Source: Nitrosospira multiformis ATCC 25196 (GTDB lineage Bacteria; Pseudomonadota; Gammaproteobacteria; Burkholderiales; Nitrosomonadaceae). Taken from it: a DNA stretch of 32,000 nt. Under the pieces are notes generated by a model. It was not told the DNA's origin, did not search any database, and was given only the letters and a program-made list of their open reading frames with translations. The stretch lies in the NCBI RefSeq assembly GCF_000196355.1, contig NC_007614.1, positions 1,440,001-1,472,000 on the forward strand, written 5' to 3'. Position 1 is the stretch's first letter. The number at the start of each line of letters is the position of its first letter. This document shows positions 8,667 through 18,454 of the stretch, piece after piece. Position numbers and translations under genes: made by a program.

Positions 8667-9410
8667 TTGATCTCCTTATTATCACTGCGTTTATTAAAAG
8701 TTGCGTTCGAGCCGCTATAGGCTTTGCCTGTTTTCCATGTCTTTCAAGTCTGAAAACACACTATAGCTTTATTATTTCAAGCAAAATCTGTGCCATTTAT
8801 TGTTTTTTCGCGAAAACATTAGCTTACGCGGCTAACCCTGCTTTTCAAGGGCGAGAATGTAATAAATTTCGACAAATAGCGGGTATATTTGGCCATGTCG
8901 CGGGCACAGCAGAAAGAACAAACCGCGGTCTTCCTTCAAAATCTCATATTTACCGTGCCATAAAACCGATGCGGAGATAGACTGCAAACAGGAAATGGAG
9001 CGGATACATCGCTTCATGCCTATTCCCACGGTTTCGCAGGAGGGCTCCGTTCAGGGACTTCAGATCGGTAAAGTCACATAGGTATTCAAAATTACCGGTG
9101 TTATTCTGCCTTTTAATAGAGATAGTAGACGGGTCGTTGTTGCCCCATTCCTTCGTCTATCCCTTATCAAACCTTGATCAGCTTATTGCTTTTCCTTCCT
9201 TGTCAAAATAAAATAGAAACAATTCTTATTTAATGAGATCATAAAAATTATTTCAAATTCTCATTTCCTACTGTCCGTTCCGCATTTTCAGAATGAGCCG
9301 TAAGGCATTGTCGTTACAAGGAATGTGTTTGCAGCAGCTCACGTAAAGTGAGATCAGAAATAATTCCCGATAATCGTTGAAAGAAGAATCTTCCTAACCA
9401 TCCCGCCGGG

Positions 9411-12086
9411 ATGAACGCTGCGCGTGGACGCAGCTTTTTAGCCAGCCAGCTCTTCCGGGGCAAGCCAGCCAGTTTTATGTTTGTTTATCCGTTTTGCCGG
9501 AGAGTACAGGCTGTGAGTAATAAAAATATACAAGACACCGATTTCATGAACACTTCATCGCTTGTTTCAAATGGAGCAGGTGAGAGCGGTGGTATCGGAG
9601 TGTTGAACTGCATGACTTCCCTTGAAAATGACAAACCCGTTCAAAAGAATGGGGAGAGGGCAGAATGCGGTTTTCGTCCACCTCCTCTTATCGGCGCCGT
9701 GCGTGGGGCCCTGATCGGGCTGGGGCTGGCCTCGCTGGTTCTGCCCCAGATGGCGATAGCAGAGTCAGACATTGCCGCCCACGCTTCCGCTATCACCTAC
9801 AGTATTCCTGCGGGTGCAATGGCAGATGCGCTCAACCGTTTTGCGCAACAGGCGGGGGCCAGCATTTCTTTTGATGCGGCTGATGTGAAAGACGTCACCA
9901 CAAAAGGACTGAACGGGAGATTTTCGGTTCAGGAGGGGTTGGAGCATCTTTTGGCTGGTAGCGGCTTGCAGGGAGTGCGGCAGGGAGAAGGCTACCTTGT
10001 AAGGAAGCAGCCAGAGGGAATGAGCGAGCAACCGACGGTACTGCCTCCTATCAGGGTGACTGCAAGTGCTGTAACCGAGCCGACGGACGGTTACATGGCG
10101 ACCAAGAGTTTCAGCGCAACCAGGACAGATACGCCATTGCGCGATGTGCCCCAGTCCATAACCGTCATGACCCAGGATATGATCCAGGATCAGACTATGC
10201 AGAGCATTACCGATGTAGTGCGCTACGTACCAGGTGTCGTGCCCTCCCAAGGGGAAGGCAATCGTGATGCGGTGATTTTCCGCGGCAACAATACGACCGG
10301 GGATTTTTATGTCGATGGCCTGCGCGATGACGTCCAGTATTTCCGCGATCTCTACAATATCGACCGGGTTGAAGTTCTGAAGGGTTCCAACGGAATGATT
10401 TTTGGCCGCGGCGGCGCAGGAGGTGTAATCAATCGCGTGACCAAGGAAGCCGGTTGGACGCCGGTGCGGGAGATCGCGGCTCAATACGGGTCTTTCAGCC
10501 ACAAGCGCATTGCTGTCGATCTGGGCCAACCCATCAATGATGTTGCGGCTGTTCGCCTCAACGCCATGTACGAGCATTCGAACAGTTTTCGCAATGACGT
10601 CGATCTGGAGCGCGGCGGCGTCAATCCCACGTTCACGTTCAAACCGACTGCGCAAACCAAAGTTGTTTTCAGCGGGGAATACTTTTTTGACCGCCGTACG
10701 GCGGACCGGGGCATTCCTTCATTTGGGACGCGATCAGGAGTCGTGGATTCCGGCCGTCCGGCTGATACTCACCGATCCACGTTCTTTGGTAATGCCGCCA
10801 ACAGCCCGACGCACGTCGACGCTTGGTCGCTGAATTCGCTGATCGAGCATACCTTTGACAACGAGGTCAAGATACGCAACCGCACCCGCTATGCCAGTTA
10901 CGACAAGTTCTATCAGAACATATATGCCAACGGTGTTGCCACGGCTGAGGATGCGACCGGCACGGTAGCGATTTCAGCCTATAACAACGCTACCCAGCGG
11001 GAGAACCTTTTTACCCAGACCGACCTGCTGTTCAAGCTGAACACCTGGGGCGTAAATCATGAATTCATGACGGGCGTGGAATATGGCCGCCAGATTTCGG
11101 ATAATTTCCGCAACACCGGGTTTTTCAACAACAGCACCACAAGTGTGAACGTGCCTTTCTTCAACCCCACCGCGTTTGCGCCGGTTACCTTCAGGCAAAA
11201 CGCCACGGATGCAGATAATCATGGTGTGGTGGAAGTGGTCGGCGTCTATGTTCAGGATCAGATTACCCTGCTTCCCCAAGTGAAGGCCGTTCTCGGCCTG
11301 CGCTACGATAATTTCGACGCCAATTTCGTGAACAATCGCAATGGTGAGCGGTTTCACACCAATGACGGACTGCTTTCTCCCAGGGTGGGCTTGATCTACA
11401 AGCCGATCGAGCCGGTTTCCATCTACGGCAACTACAGCCTTGCCTATGTGCCGCGGGCGGGTGACCAGTTGAGTTCTCTCAATCTGAGTAACGCCGCGCT
11501 TAAGCCTGAGCAATTCATGAACCTGGAGTTGGGCGCCAAATGGGATATTCGGCCCGATCTTTCCTTTACCGCAGCCATGTATCAGCTCGAGCGCAGCAAT
11601 GTCCTCGCTCCCGTTCCAAACGATCCCACAAGGTCGATGTTGGTTGATGGACAACGGGCGCGTGGGGCAGAGGTAGGACTGATGGGTCGGATCACTCCAC
11701 AGTGGAGCATGATGGGAGGATACGCCTATACCGATGCGGAAATTACACGGACTATAACGGGTGCGAGAGCAGGGGCCGTAGTGGCCCAGGTTCCGAAGCA
11801 TACTGTTTCCATGTGGAACCGCTATGATTTCACGCCTTTCCTCGGGCTTGGATTGGGTGTGATTCACCGAAGCAGCATGTACGCCGCGCTCGACAACACG
11901 GTGCTGCTGCCAGGCTTTACGCGTATGGATGCAGCGATGTTCGTGCGGCTCAACAAGGTTATCCGCGTCCAGGCAAATATCGAGAATCTGGCCAATATCG
12001 ACTATATCGCCTCCGCGAATAACAATAACAACATCCTGCCCGGGGCGCCGCGTATTTATCGCCTGACGGTGGTTGCCAATTTTTAG
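9411..12086 (+). CDS. TonB-dependent siderophore receptor with N-terminal STN domain
   Basis: STN-like segment (AITYSIPAGAMADALNRFAQQAGASISFDAADVKDVTTKGLNGRFSVQEGLEHLLAGSGLQGV), plug (RDTPLRDVPQSITVMTQDMIQDQTMQSITDVVRYVPGV; VEVLKGSNGMIFGRGGAGGVINRVTK), barrel and C-terminal NLANIDYI...YRLTVVANF. Alternative in-frame ATG at 9546 may be the true start. Confidence 0.95.
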   Translation: MNAARGRSFLASQLFRGKPASFMFVYPFCRRVQAVSNKNIQDTDFMNTSSLVSNGAGESGGIGVLNCMTSLENDKPVQKNGERAECGFRPPPLIGAVRGALIGLGLASLVLPQMAIAESDIAAHASAITYSIPAGAMADALNRFAQQAGASISFDAADVKDVTTKGLNGRFSVQEGLEHLLAGSGLQGVRQGEGYLVRKQPEGMSEQPTVLPPIRVTASAVTEPTDGYMATKSFSATRTDTPLRDVPQSITVMTQDMIQDQTMQSITDVVRYVPGVVPSQGEGNRDAVIFRGNNTTGDFYVDGLRDDVQYFRDLYNIDRVEVLKGSNGMIFGRGGAGGVINRVTKEAGWTPVREIAAQYGSFSHKRIAVDLGQPINDVAAVRLNAMYEHSNSFRNDVDLERGGVNPTFTFKPTAQTKVVFSGEYFFDRRTADRGIPSFGTRSGVVDSGRPADTHRSTFFGNAANSPTHVDAWSLNSLIEHTFDNEVKIRNRTRYASYDKFYQNIYANGVATAEDATGTVAISAYNNATQRENLFTQTDLLFKLNTWGVNHEFMTGVEYGRQISDNFRNTGFFNNSTTSVNVPFFNPTAFAPVTFRQNATDADNHGVVEVVGVYVQDQITLLPQVKAVLGLRYDNFDANFVNNRNGERFHTNDGLLSPRVGLIYKPIEPVSIYGNYSLAYVPRAGDQLSSLNLSNAALKPEQFMNLELGAKWDIRPDLSFTAAMYQLERSNVLAPVPNDPTRSMLVDGQRARGAEVGLMGRITPQWSMMGGYAYTDAEITRTITGARAGAVVAQVPKHTVSMWNRYDFTPFLGLGLGVIHRSSMYAALDNTVLLPGFTRMDAAMFVRLNKVIRVQANIENLANIDYIASANNNNNILPGAPRIYRLTVVANF

Positions 12087-12357
12087 ACTCCTAAGCTCGA
12101 CCCAATATTCCTCTTCCCTCCTCCTCCCACTGTGGGGGAGGGGCGGGAAGAGAGGGAATGGCAGCCTGAATGGTGAGGATAGGATGGAGGCGTTCAGATC
12201 CAGGATGCAGCCGCTATCCGGGTTACCAGGCATGAAACTGTTTGACGGTGGCATCCTATTTCTCCCTCTCCCATGTTTCCTCTCCGTAGCGGGAAGGGAG
12301 TAAAGCAAAAGGATCAGAAGGGAGGAGAGGTAAAAAATAGGCCTCGGCCGAAAAAAT

Positions 12358-13185
12358 TCAAGTTCCGCTGCCAGCACTTCGGCGGCGCACGATCATACTC
12401 ATCAGTCCCAGCCCCGCAAGCATCAAGGCGTAGGACTCCGGCTCCGGTATCATGCTGCTCGGACTTCCGAGGGATGCGCTAGTATTGAAGCTGAGCGACC
12501 CACTGCCGGGGCCGGCGGCAAAGATGCCGAAAACGAGGTTTCCTGATTTTGAGTCGGGCGATTCCCCATAGTAGGAGCCCAGGGAAAAAGAGGCATTCGA
12601 GTATGAATTGGAACTTCCATTGTCTTCATGGCCATAAAAATTTGCGGAAGCGCTGACCGAGGCCGAGGAGGAGCCATAATAGTTATATTGCTCTCCCCCA
12701 GTTATGTCTAATGTATAGGGGATGGTTATGGTAAGTACCCCAGGCCCGTCGAAAGTGAAGCGTTCCGTCCGATACCCGGAGGCTGAGGCGCTGGGGGTAT
12801 CCCAGTAGTAAGAAGAACCTTCACCGAAGGATTGAGCACTGGCCGAGAAGGCTGAAGCGGAGGCGGAAGCAGAGGAATAGGTGCTGGTAGTGGCCTCCGC
12901 ATTTGCGGCTAAAGTGGATGTCCAGTCGTAGATCGACCTTGTATTGTATTCACTTCCCTCACCCGGAACGTATGCGGATGAACTTAAGCTGGTGGATTCA
13001 TTGGAGAAAGTTACGGTAGGTATGTTTCCATCCACGCCCGTCACCGAAACCTGGAGCCGGCTCCAGTCGAGCGAAGCGCTGGCTGTTCCATCAGCGTAAG
13101 CTGACTGACCGAATATGAAGCCTGCACAGCAACCCATTAATGTCAAACTGCGTTTAATCGAGCTCATGATAACCCCCCTGAACAT
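12358..13185 (-). CDS. PEP-CTERM sorting domain-containing protein, Ser/Ala/Tyr-rich
   Basis: Signal peptide MSSIKRSLTLMGCCAGFIFGQSAYA and C-terminal SSMIPEPESYALMLAGLGLMSMIVRRRSAGSGT. Confidence 0.92.
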   Translation of the reverse strand: MFRGVIMSSIKRSLTLMGCCAGFIFGQSAYADGTASASLDWSRLQVSVTGVDGNIPTVTFSNESTSLSSSAYVPGEGSEYNTRSIYDWTSTLAANAEATTSTYSSASASASAFSASAQSFGEGSSYYWDTPSASASGYRTERFTFDGPGVLTITIPYTLDITGGEQYNYYGSSSASVSASANFYGHEDNGSSNSYSNASFSLGSYYGESPDSKSGNLVFGIFAAGPGSGSLSFNTSASLGSPSSMIPEPESYALMLAGLGLMSMIVRRRSAGSGT

Positions 13186-13464
13186 GAAGAGACAGATGCG
13201 TCTGCATCTGCTTCAGCCGAATAGCTGAAGCAAGACTATAAGGGGGAGATTCCCGGTTTTTCCGTACACTCCTGAACTGACAAGAAGGCTAAATAGGCGT
13301 ACGCTGGGAGCCGCGTCTTTTGGGCTTTTACCATCCTTTATTGCAAAAGACGAAGCGCCTGTTCAGAGTGTGCTCATTCCTGAGCTTGAGCAAAGGCTCA
13401 GGCGGCCGCGATGGTCAAGACAGGTGGATGGGTTGCCGCAGGTACTTGGCTTGAGGAAAACGCA

Positions 13465-13665
13465 CTAACAGCATCGTGTCACTTTGCCATTGCCGCCATA
13501 CCTTGCTTCCTGGCGCTCACGGAAAAATTCCTCGTATGTCATGACGGGCCGGTCCGGATGAGCGCGGTGCATGTGTGCGACGTAAGTGCTGTATTCGGGC
13601 ATGCCTACCATCAGCCGCATGCCCTGCCCGAGATAACGCAATCCACTCGCAATTCTGGTTAACAT
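13465..13665 (-). CDS. YbdD/YjiX (DUF466) family small protein
   Basis: ATG at 13665 preceded by GAGGAGGAG; MLTRIASGLRYLGQGMRLMVGMPEYSTYVAHMHRAHPDRPVMTYEEFFRERQEARYGGNGKVTRCC; adjacent to cstA. The track ORF extends upstream to 13719. Confidence 0.88.
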   Translation of the reverse strand: MLTRIASGLRYLGQGMRLMVGMPEYSTYVAHMHRAHPDRPVMTYEEFFRERQEARYGGNGKVTRCC

Positions 13666-13715
13666 CGTTTGCTCCTCCTCGATAATTTTCCCGAAATCAC
13701 CTTCACGTTCTGTCA

Positions 13716-15788
13716 TCACGTCCTTGGCACGGCTTCAACCGGCAATAACTCGCATGGCGTTTCCCTGGCGGTGGGAGTGCCGAGCGCGCGGGCTCGCAAT
13801 ACCGTGCGGATGCCGAAAGCCAGCATGCTGATGAGTACCAGCATGAACAATGCCGCCAGCGACGCGTTGATGTAATCGTTGAAAATCACCTGCTGCATCT
13901 GGCCGATGGATTTGGCCGGCGCAAGCACCGTGCCTTCCGTGACGGCTTCCCTGTATTTGTTTGCATGCGCCAGAAAACCGATGCGTGGATTGGCATCGAA
14001 TATCTTCTGCCAGGCTGCGGTCAGAGTGCAGACAAAAACCCAGATGGCGGGGAGAATTGTCACCCACGCGAAACGATCTTGCTTCATCTTGAACAGGACA
14101 CAACTGCACAATACCAGGGCAATGCCCGCCAGCATCTGGTTGGAGATGCCAAATAGCGGCCACAGGGTATTGATGCCACCCAGAGGATCGACCACTCCCT
14201 GATAGAGAAAGTAACCCCAACCCGCGACACAGACGGAAGTGGCAATCAGATTGGCGGTTATGGAATCGGTACGCTTCATGAAAGGAATGAATGAGCCCAG
14301 CAGATCCTGCAACATGAAGCGTCCGGCGCGGGTACCCGCATCGACCGCGGTGAGGATGAAAAGCGCCTCGAACAGAATGGCGAAGTGGTACCAGAAGGCC
14401 ATCATCGCCTGCCCGCCCAGCACATCGGAGAGAATTTGCGCCATACCCACTGCCAGGGTGGGCGCGCCGCCGGTGCGGGAAATGACAGTATGCTCCCCCA
14501 CATCCCGTGCCGTTTGCGTAATCATTTCGGGCGTAACATGGAAACCCCATTGAGATATGGTTTGGGCTGCCGATTCCGCGGTGGTTCCGATGATTGCTGC
14601 CGGGCTGTTCATGGCGAAGTAAACCCCGGGCTCGATGGTGGAGGCGGCGACCAACGCCATGATGGCGACGAATGATTCCATCAGCATGGCGCCATAACCA
14701 ATGAAGCGGGCATCGCGCTCATTGCGGATCATCTTGGGTGTGGTCCCGGAGGATATGAGGGAATGAAAGCCGGATATCGCTCCACACGCTACCGTAATGA
14801 ACAGGAAGGGAAACAGACTGCCTGACCAGACCGGTCCCGAGCCATCCACGAACTGGGTCAATGCCGGCATCTTCAGTTCCGGGGAAATGATGAGGACGCC
14901 GATTGCCAAGCTGACTACGGTACCGATTTTGAGGAATGTCGAGAGATAATCACGCGGTGCCAGCAACAGCCATACCGGCATCACGGAGGCAATGAATCCG
15001 TAGCCGATCAGGAGCCACGTGAGTTGCTCGCCTGTCAGCGTGAACAGCGCGGCGAGGGAGGGAATCTCCTGCACGTACTGGCCGCCGACAATCGAAAGTA
15101 TCAACAGCGCAAAGCCGATCAGCGATACTTCGCCAATGGAACCGGGGCGTATGTAGCGTGCATAAACCCCCATGAAGAGCGCAATGGGAATGGTGGCGGC
15201 GACAGTAAAGGTTCCCCAGGGCGACTCCGCCAGCGCCTTGACCACGATCAGGGCGAGCACCGCAAGGAGGACCAGCATGATGAAAAATGTGCCGAAGAGA
15301 GCGATCATGCCCGGCAACTGCCCCATCTCGGACTTGATGAGATCCCCGAGCGAGCGGCCATCGCGCCGGGTGGAAATGAACAGTACGATGAAGTCCTGCA
15401 CTGCGCCGGCGAGCACGACCCCCGCGAGGAGCCAGAGCATGCTGGGCAGATAGCCCATCTGCGCCGCCAATATTGGTCCGACCAGAGGACCGGCTCCGGC
15501 AATGGCGGCGAAATGATGGCCGAACAGCACGTATTTGTTGGTTGGCACATAATCCAGCCCGTCGTTGTGCTTGTAGGCCGGTGTCATGCGGGTGGGGTTG
15601 AGCCCGAGCACTTTGCTGGCAATGAACCGGCTGTAGAAGCGGTAGCCGATGGTAAAGACACAGACGGTTGCAACAACGATCCAGAGGGCGCCGACCGGTT
15701 CGCCACGATTCAGGGCGACGACTGCCAATGCGAACGCACCGGTGGCGGCAAATGCAAACCAGCCGAATTTGCGGATAAAAGTATTCAT
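13716..15788 (-). CDS. cstA: Carbon starvation protein CstA-family transporter
   Basis: About 690 aa polytopic protein: HHFAAIAGAGPLVGPILAAQMGYLPSMLWLLAGVVLAGAVQDFIVLFISTRRDGRSLG; HSLISSGTTPKMI; LTAVDAGTRAGRFMLQDLLG. The track ORF extends to 15845; MNTFIRKFGW at 15788 is the more likely start. Confidence 0.95.
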   Translation of the reverse strand: MNTFIRKFGWFAFAATGAFALAVVALNRGEPVGALWIVVATVCVFTIGYRFYSRFIASKVLGLNPTRMTPAYKHNDGLDYVPTNKYVLFGHHFAAIAGAGPLVGPILAAQMGYLPSMLWLLAGVVLAGAVQDFIVLFISTRRDGRSLGDLIKSEMGQLPGMIALFGTFFIMLVLLAVLALIVVKALAESPWGTFTVAATIPIALFMGVYARYIRPGSIGEVSLIGFALLILSIVGGQYVQEIPSLAALFTLTGEQLTWLLIGYGFIASVMPVWLLLAPRDYLSTFLKIGTVVSLAIGVLIISPELKMPALTQFVDGSGPVWSGSLFPFLFITVACGAISGFHSLISSGTTPKMIRNERDARFIGYGAMLMESFVAIMALVAASTIEPGVYFAMNSPAAIIGTTAESAAQTISQWGFHVTPEMITQTARDVGEHTVISRTGGAPTLAVGMAQILSDVLGGQAMMAFWYHFAILFEALFILTAVDAGTRAGRFMLQDLLGSFIPFMKRTDSITANLIATSVCVAGWGYFLYQGVVDPLGGINTLWPLFGISNQMLAGIALVLCSCVLFKMKQDRFAWVTILPAIWVFVCTLTAAWQKIFDANPRIGFLAHANKYREAVTEGTVLAPAKSIGQMQQVIFNDYINASLAALFMLVLISMLAFGIRTVLRARALGTPTARETPCELLPVEAVPRT

Positions 15789-15921
15789 TTTTTCCCGATT
15801 TCCGAATCCTGAGTGAAGAAATTGAAGCTGATACGCGCCAGGCACTCCCGAGATCGCGATCTGCTCGAAGAATGAGGTTTACGCGCAGGTTGGAACTCTA
15901 TCCTGAAATGGCCATAGGAAA

Positions 15922-16503
15922 CTAAACAATATCGGGCTGGCGGAATGGACGACTCAGAAAAGGGGAACCGGCAAGTCCGAAGCGCCAGGGAACATCCTTT
16001 GCTTTGGAAATCCCTATACGAGGGCCTGTTACAACTGGAACAGGATCAAGGGGAGGGGTAAGCTGAAACGGAGGAGTATCAATGGACATTCCGCTATACT
16101 CCTGCGTGATGCCCAGCGCCTCGCATACCCGGCCAGGGCCGGAACAGAGAAGTCTCTCATCGCTCAACCCTCGCCGCTTACGCATGATATCCAGGCCGAC
16201 AAGCGGTTCGATCGCCCGAATCAATACGCCAGCTCCATGTCCTGCCGGCCGGCAGACAAAATTCAGGCACCAGTGAATGCCGTACGAGCGATAGATATAG
16301 GCATGGCAGGGAGGCCCGAACATCACCTGGTTACGCCTGGTGGGGCCCGAAAAGCTGTGCGAGGCGGGATCATCGTGGTCATATGCTTCTGTCTCTACGA
16401 TCCGCCCGCCAACTCCGTTTACAAGCAAGGTGGCGCCTATGAGGGAGCGCGCAACGTCAACGGAAGAAGCTGAAAAATCGATAGATGGCTGACTCATGCT
16501 CAT
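15922..16503 (-). CDS. DNA-3-methyladenine glycosylase (AAG/MPG family)
   Basis: ARSLIGATLLVNG...GGRIVETEAYDHDDPASHSFSGPTRRNQVMFGPPCHAYIYRSYGIHWCLNFVCRPAGHGAGVLIRAIEPLVG...SGPGRVCEALGIT. Confidence 0.95.
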   Translation of the reverse strand: MSMSQPSIDFSASSVDVARSLIGATLLVNGVGGRIVETEAYDHDDPASHSFSGPTRRNQVMFGPPCHAYIYRSYGIHWCLNFVCRPAGHGAGVLIRAIEPLVGLDIMRKRRGLSDERLLCSGPGRVCEALGITQEYSGMSIDTPPFQLTPPLDPVPVVTGPRIGISKAKDVPWRFGLAGSPFLSRPFRQPDIV

Positions 16504-16684
16504 GGCGCAGATTTTATACAGAGCGCCTCAAAAAACCAACTGCTGCACCGTGCAGTGACTTGCTATGCCGGGCTTTACCCTATATGGTTTTTATTGCTTC
16601 ATTCCGCTGCTTCATTCAATAAGCAGATAGGATATTTATCCTGCCGGTTTTCGGTGGGTCTTTTGAAGGTTAAACTTGAACTGA

Positions 16685-17620
16685 ATGTTGATTGACGAAA
16701 TTTCAAGAAGGAAAGGGGAGGGGGAAATACCGGCGTCCGTGCTCATGATTGCCGCAACCTTGCTTTTCGCCACCATGAGCATGTGTGTCAAGCTTGCTTC
16801 GGCAGAGTATGGTACGGGTGAAATGGTGTTTTATCGAGGCCTCATTGGAGCAGTGATCGTATCCATGCTGGCGCGAAGACGTGGTATCACACTGCATACC
16901 TCCGTTCCGGCGTTGCACTTCTGGCGAAGTCTGACGGGTGTGTGCGCACTGGGACTCTGGTTTTACGCCATCGAAGCGCTCCCACTTTCTACCGCCGTAA
17001 CACTGAATTACACGGCTCCTATCTGGATGGCTGTCCTGCTCATCGGGGGCTCAGTTTTTCTGAAGCAAGGACGAGCAGATACACGGCTACTCGGTCCAGT
17101 TTTTGCCGGATTCGCTGGGGCCATCTGTATTCTTCGGCCTGCGATCCAGAATGATCAGACATGGGGGGGATTCGTAGGCCTGCTCTCCGGCCTGCTCACG
17201 GCACTGGCATACCTCCAGGTGGCCGCACTCGGCAGGGCAGGTGAGCCGGATACGCGCGTCGTATTTTTTTTCTCCATCACCAGCATGGGAGGGGGAGCCT
17301 TGGTAACGTTCCTTGGGGAGGGATGGCATGCCCACACGCTGCATGGGCTGGGGTTGCTGCTGGCCGTGGGCTTGCTTGCGACATTTGCCCAGTTACTGCT
17401 TACCCGCGCCTATGCGATCGGAAAACTGCTCGTCAATGGCAGCCTTCAATATCTCGGCATTGCCTGGTCCTACCTGTATGGAGTGTTGCTATTCGGCGAC
17501 CGGATTACCGGTGTATCACTGATTGGAATGGGACTGATCGCGCTGTCGGGAATTGCGGCCACAGCATTACGTGAACCTCTTGCTTCTCCTGGCGGAATGG
17601 AAACGCCAGAAAGACTTTGA
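16685..17620 (+). CDS. DMT-superfamily (EamA) transporter
   Basis: 311 aa with about 10 TM segments; two EamA halves (VLMIAATLLFATMSMCVKLASAEYG...; VGLLSGLLTALAYLQVAALGRAGEPDTRVVFFFSI...YLYGVLLFGDRITGVSLIGMGLIALSGIAA). Confidence 0.92.
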   Translation: MLIDEISRRKGEGEIPASVLMIAATLLFATMSMCVKLASAEYGTGEMVFYRGLIGAVIVSMLARRRGITLHTSVPALHFWRSLTGVCALGLWFYAIEALPLSTAVTLNYTAPIWMAVLLIGGSVFLKQGRADTRLLGPVFAGFAGAICILRPAIQNDQTWGGFVGLLSGLLTALAYLQVAALGRAGEPDTRVVFFFSITSMGGGALVTFLGEGWHAHTLHGLGLLLAVGLLATFAQLLLTRAYAIGKLLVNGSLQYLGIAWSYLYGVLLFGDRITGVSLIGMGLIALSGIAATALREPLASPGGMETPERL

Positions 17621-17700
17621 AACGGGTATTGAAAGGGATTCTGAAAGGGCAGGCAGACTTATGGATGGGAGCACTGCCAAGGATGGAGTGGAAAGAAGGG

Positions 17701-17734
17701 GTTGCCGCGGTAAACGTTCAATAACCGCGGCAAC
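17701..17734. terminator. Bidirectional stem-loop between convergent genes
   Basis: GTTGCCGCGGT - AAACGTTCAATA - ACCGCGGCAAC, 11-bp perfect stem between the stop of the + strand DMT gene and the stop of the - strand gene at 17742. Confidence 0.5.
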
Positions 17735-17741
17735 ATCTCGA

Positions 17742-18119
17742 TCAGTTCGGCCCGATCGGCCCACCTTGTTCATACTTCGGATCCTTCAGGGGTCTTCCCT
17801 CTTTGTCCACGGGGAAGTTCGGGACATGGCCTTCCGGACTGGGTGAGCGTGGATCTTTGGCGCGATCCACTCTTTTTTCCTGGTCTACATAGCCTGAATC
17901 CATAGGTTCTTCAAGGGTGTCGTATGGAGCCGGTCCTCCGTCAGGTCCTTTTTGCGAACCTTGCCCGGTATAGCCGCTTTGACCCCCAGAACTTCCCTGG
18001 CCAGAACTCGCTCCGCCGTATTGGGCATACGCCATACCTGCAATGCTGAAAACCGCCGCGCCCGTCAGCGCCAATATCGACGCCAGTCCTCGGTTAATTG
18101 ATGTCGAAGATGATTTCAT
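17742..18119 (-). CDS. Hypothetical secreted Gly/Pro/Asp-rich protein
   Basis: Signal peptide (STSINRGLASILALTGAAVFSIAGMAYAQ) followed by low-complexity GGASSGQGSSGGQSGYTGQGSQKGPDGGPAPYDTLEEPMDSGYVDQEKRVDRAKDPRSPSPEGHVPNFPVDKEGRPLKDPKY. Confidence 0.7.
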   Translation of the reverse strand: MKSSSTSINRGLASILALTGAAVFSIAGMAYAQYGGASSGQGSSGGQSGYTGQGSQKGPDGGPAPYDTLEEPMDSGYVDQEKRVDRAKDPRSPSPEGHVPNFPVDKEGRPLKDPKYEQGGPIGPN

Positions 18120-18454
18120 AGTTATTCCTTCTTGTCGATCCAGCGATATTGCTGTGTTTGAAAGATTACGTAGCCCGCACCCGCAGGTCAGTGCGGTACC
18201 ACACGAAGCCGCGTTTGCCGCAGTCCGGTTTCGGATCGTCCCTGGAGGAAGATATATTACTTCGCTATTATTAAGCCTCGCGCAAATACTGCATCGGATC
18301 CGAAAAAGACGAACGCGGTAGCCAGTTCCGATGACTTGTTAATAATGTCGAATCTCTCATGGTCATCCTCTTGTTAAAGTAGCAAAATTGCGGTAATTCA
18401 ATGATAGGGTCTTCTTCGTAATTGTTCAGTACGTTCTCACGCGCATACTGATGG

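Noticed and set aside
8832-9029. Short minus-strand ORF possibly from a transposase
   Set aside because: No DDE motif, inverted repeats or other insertion-sequence evidence.
9210-9280. Possible Fur box in AT-rich sequence upstream of the TonB receptor
   Set aside because: No stretch matches the 19-bp Fur consensus well enough by eye; needs a PWM scan.
9765-10655. 296-aa minus-strand ORF inside the TonB receptor
   Set aside because: Antisense to a clearly conserved receptor; no recognisable domain.
12099-12306. Polypurine/polypyrimidine imperfect hairpins after the TonB receptor
   Set aside because: Irregular low-complexity C/T-rich and G/A-rich tracts; could be an intergenic repeat family but no second clear copy is provable here.
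10974-12377. 467-aa minus-strand ORF inside the TonB receptor
   Set aside because: Antisense shadow ORF covering conserved barrel sequence of the receptor.
13735-15812. ORFs overlapping cstA (13735..14550 minus, 15024..15812 plus)
   Set aside because: Alternate frames or antisense of cstA with no plausible protein features.
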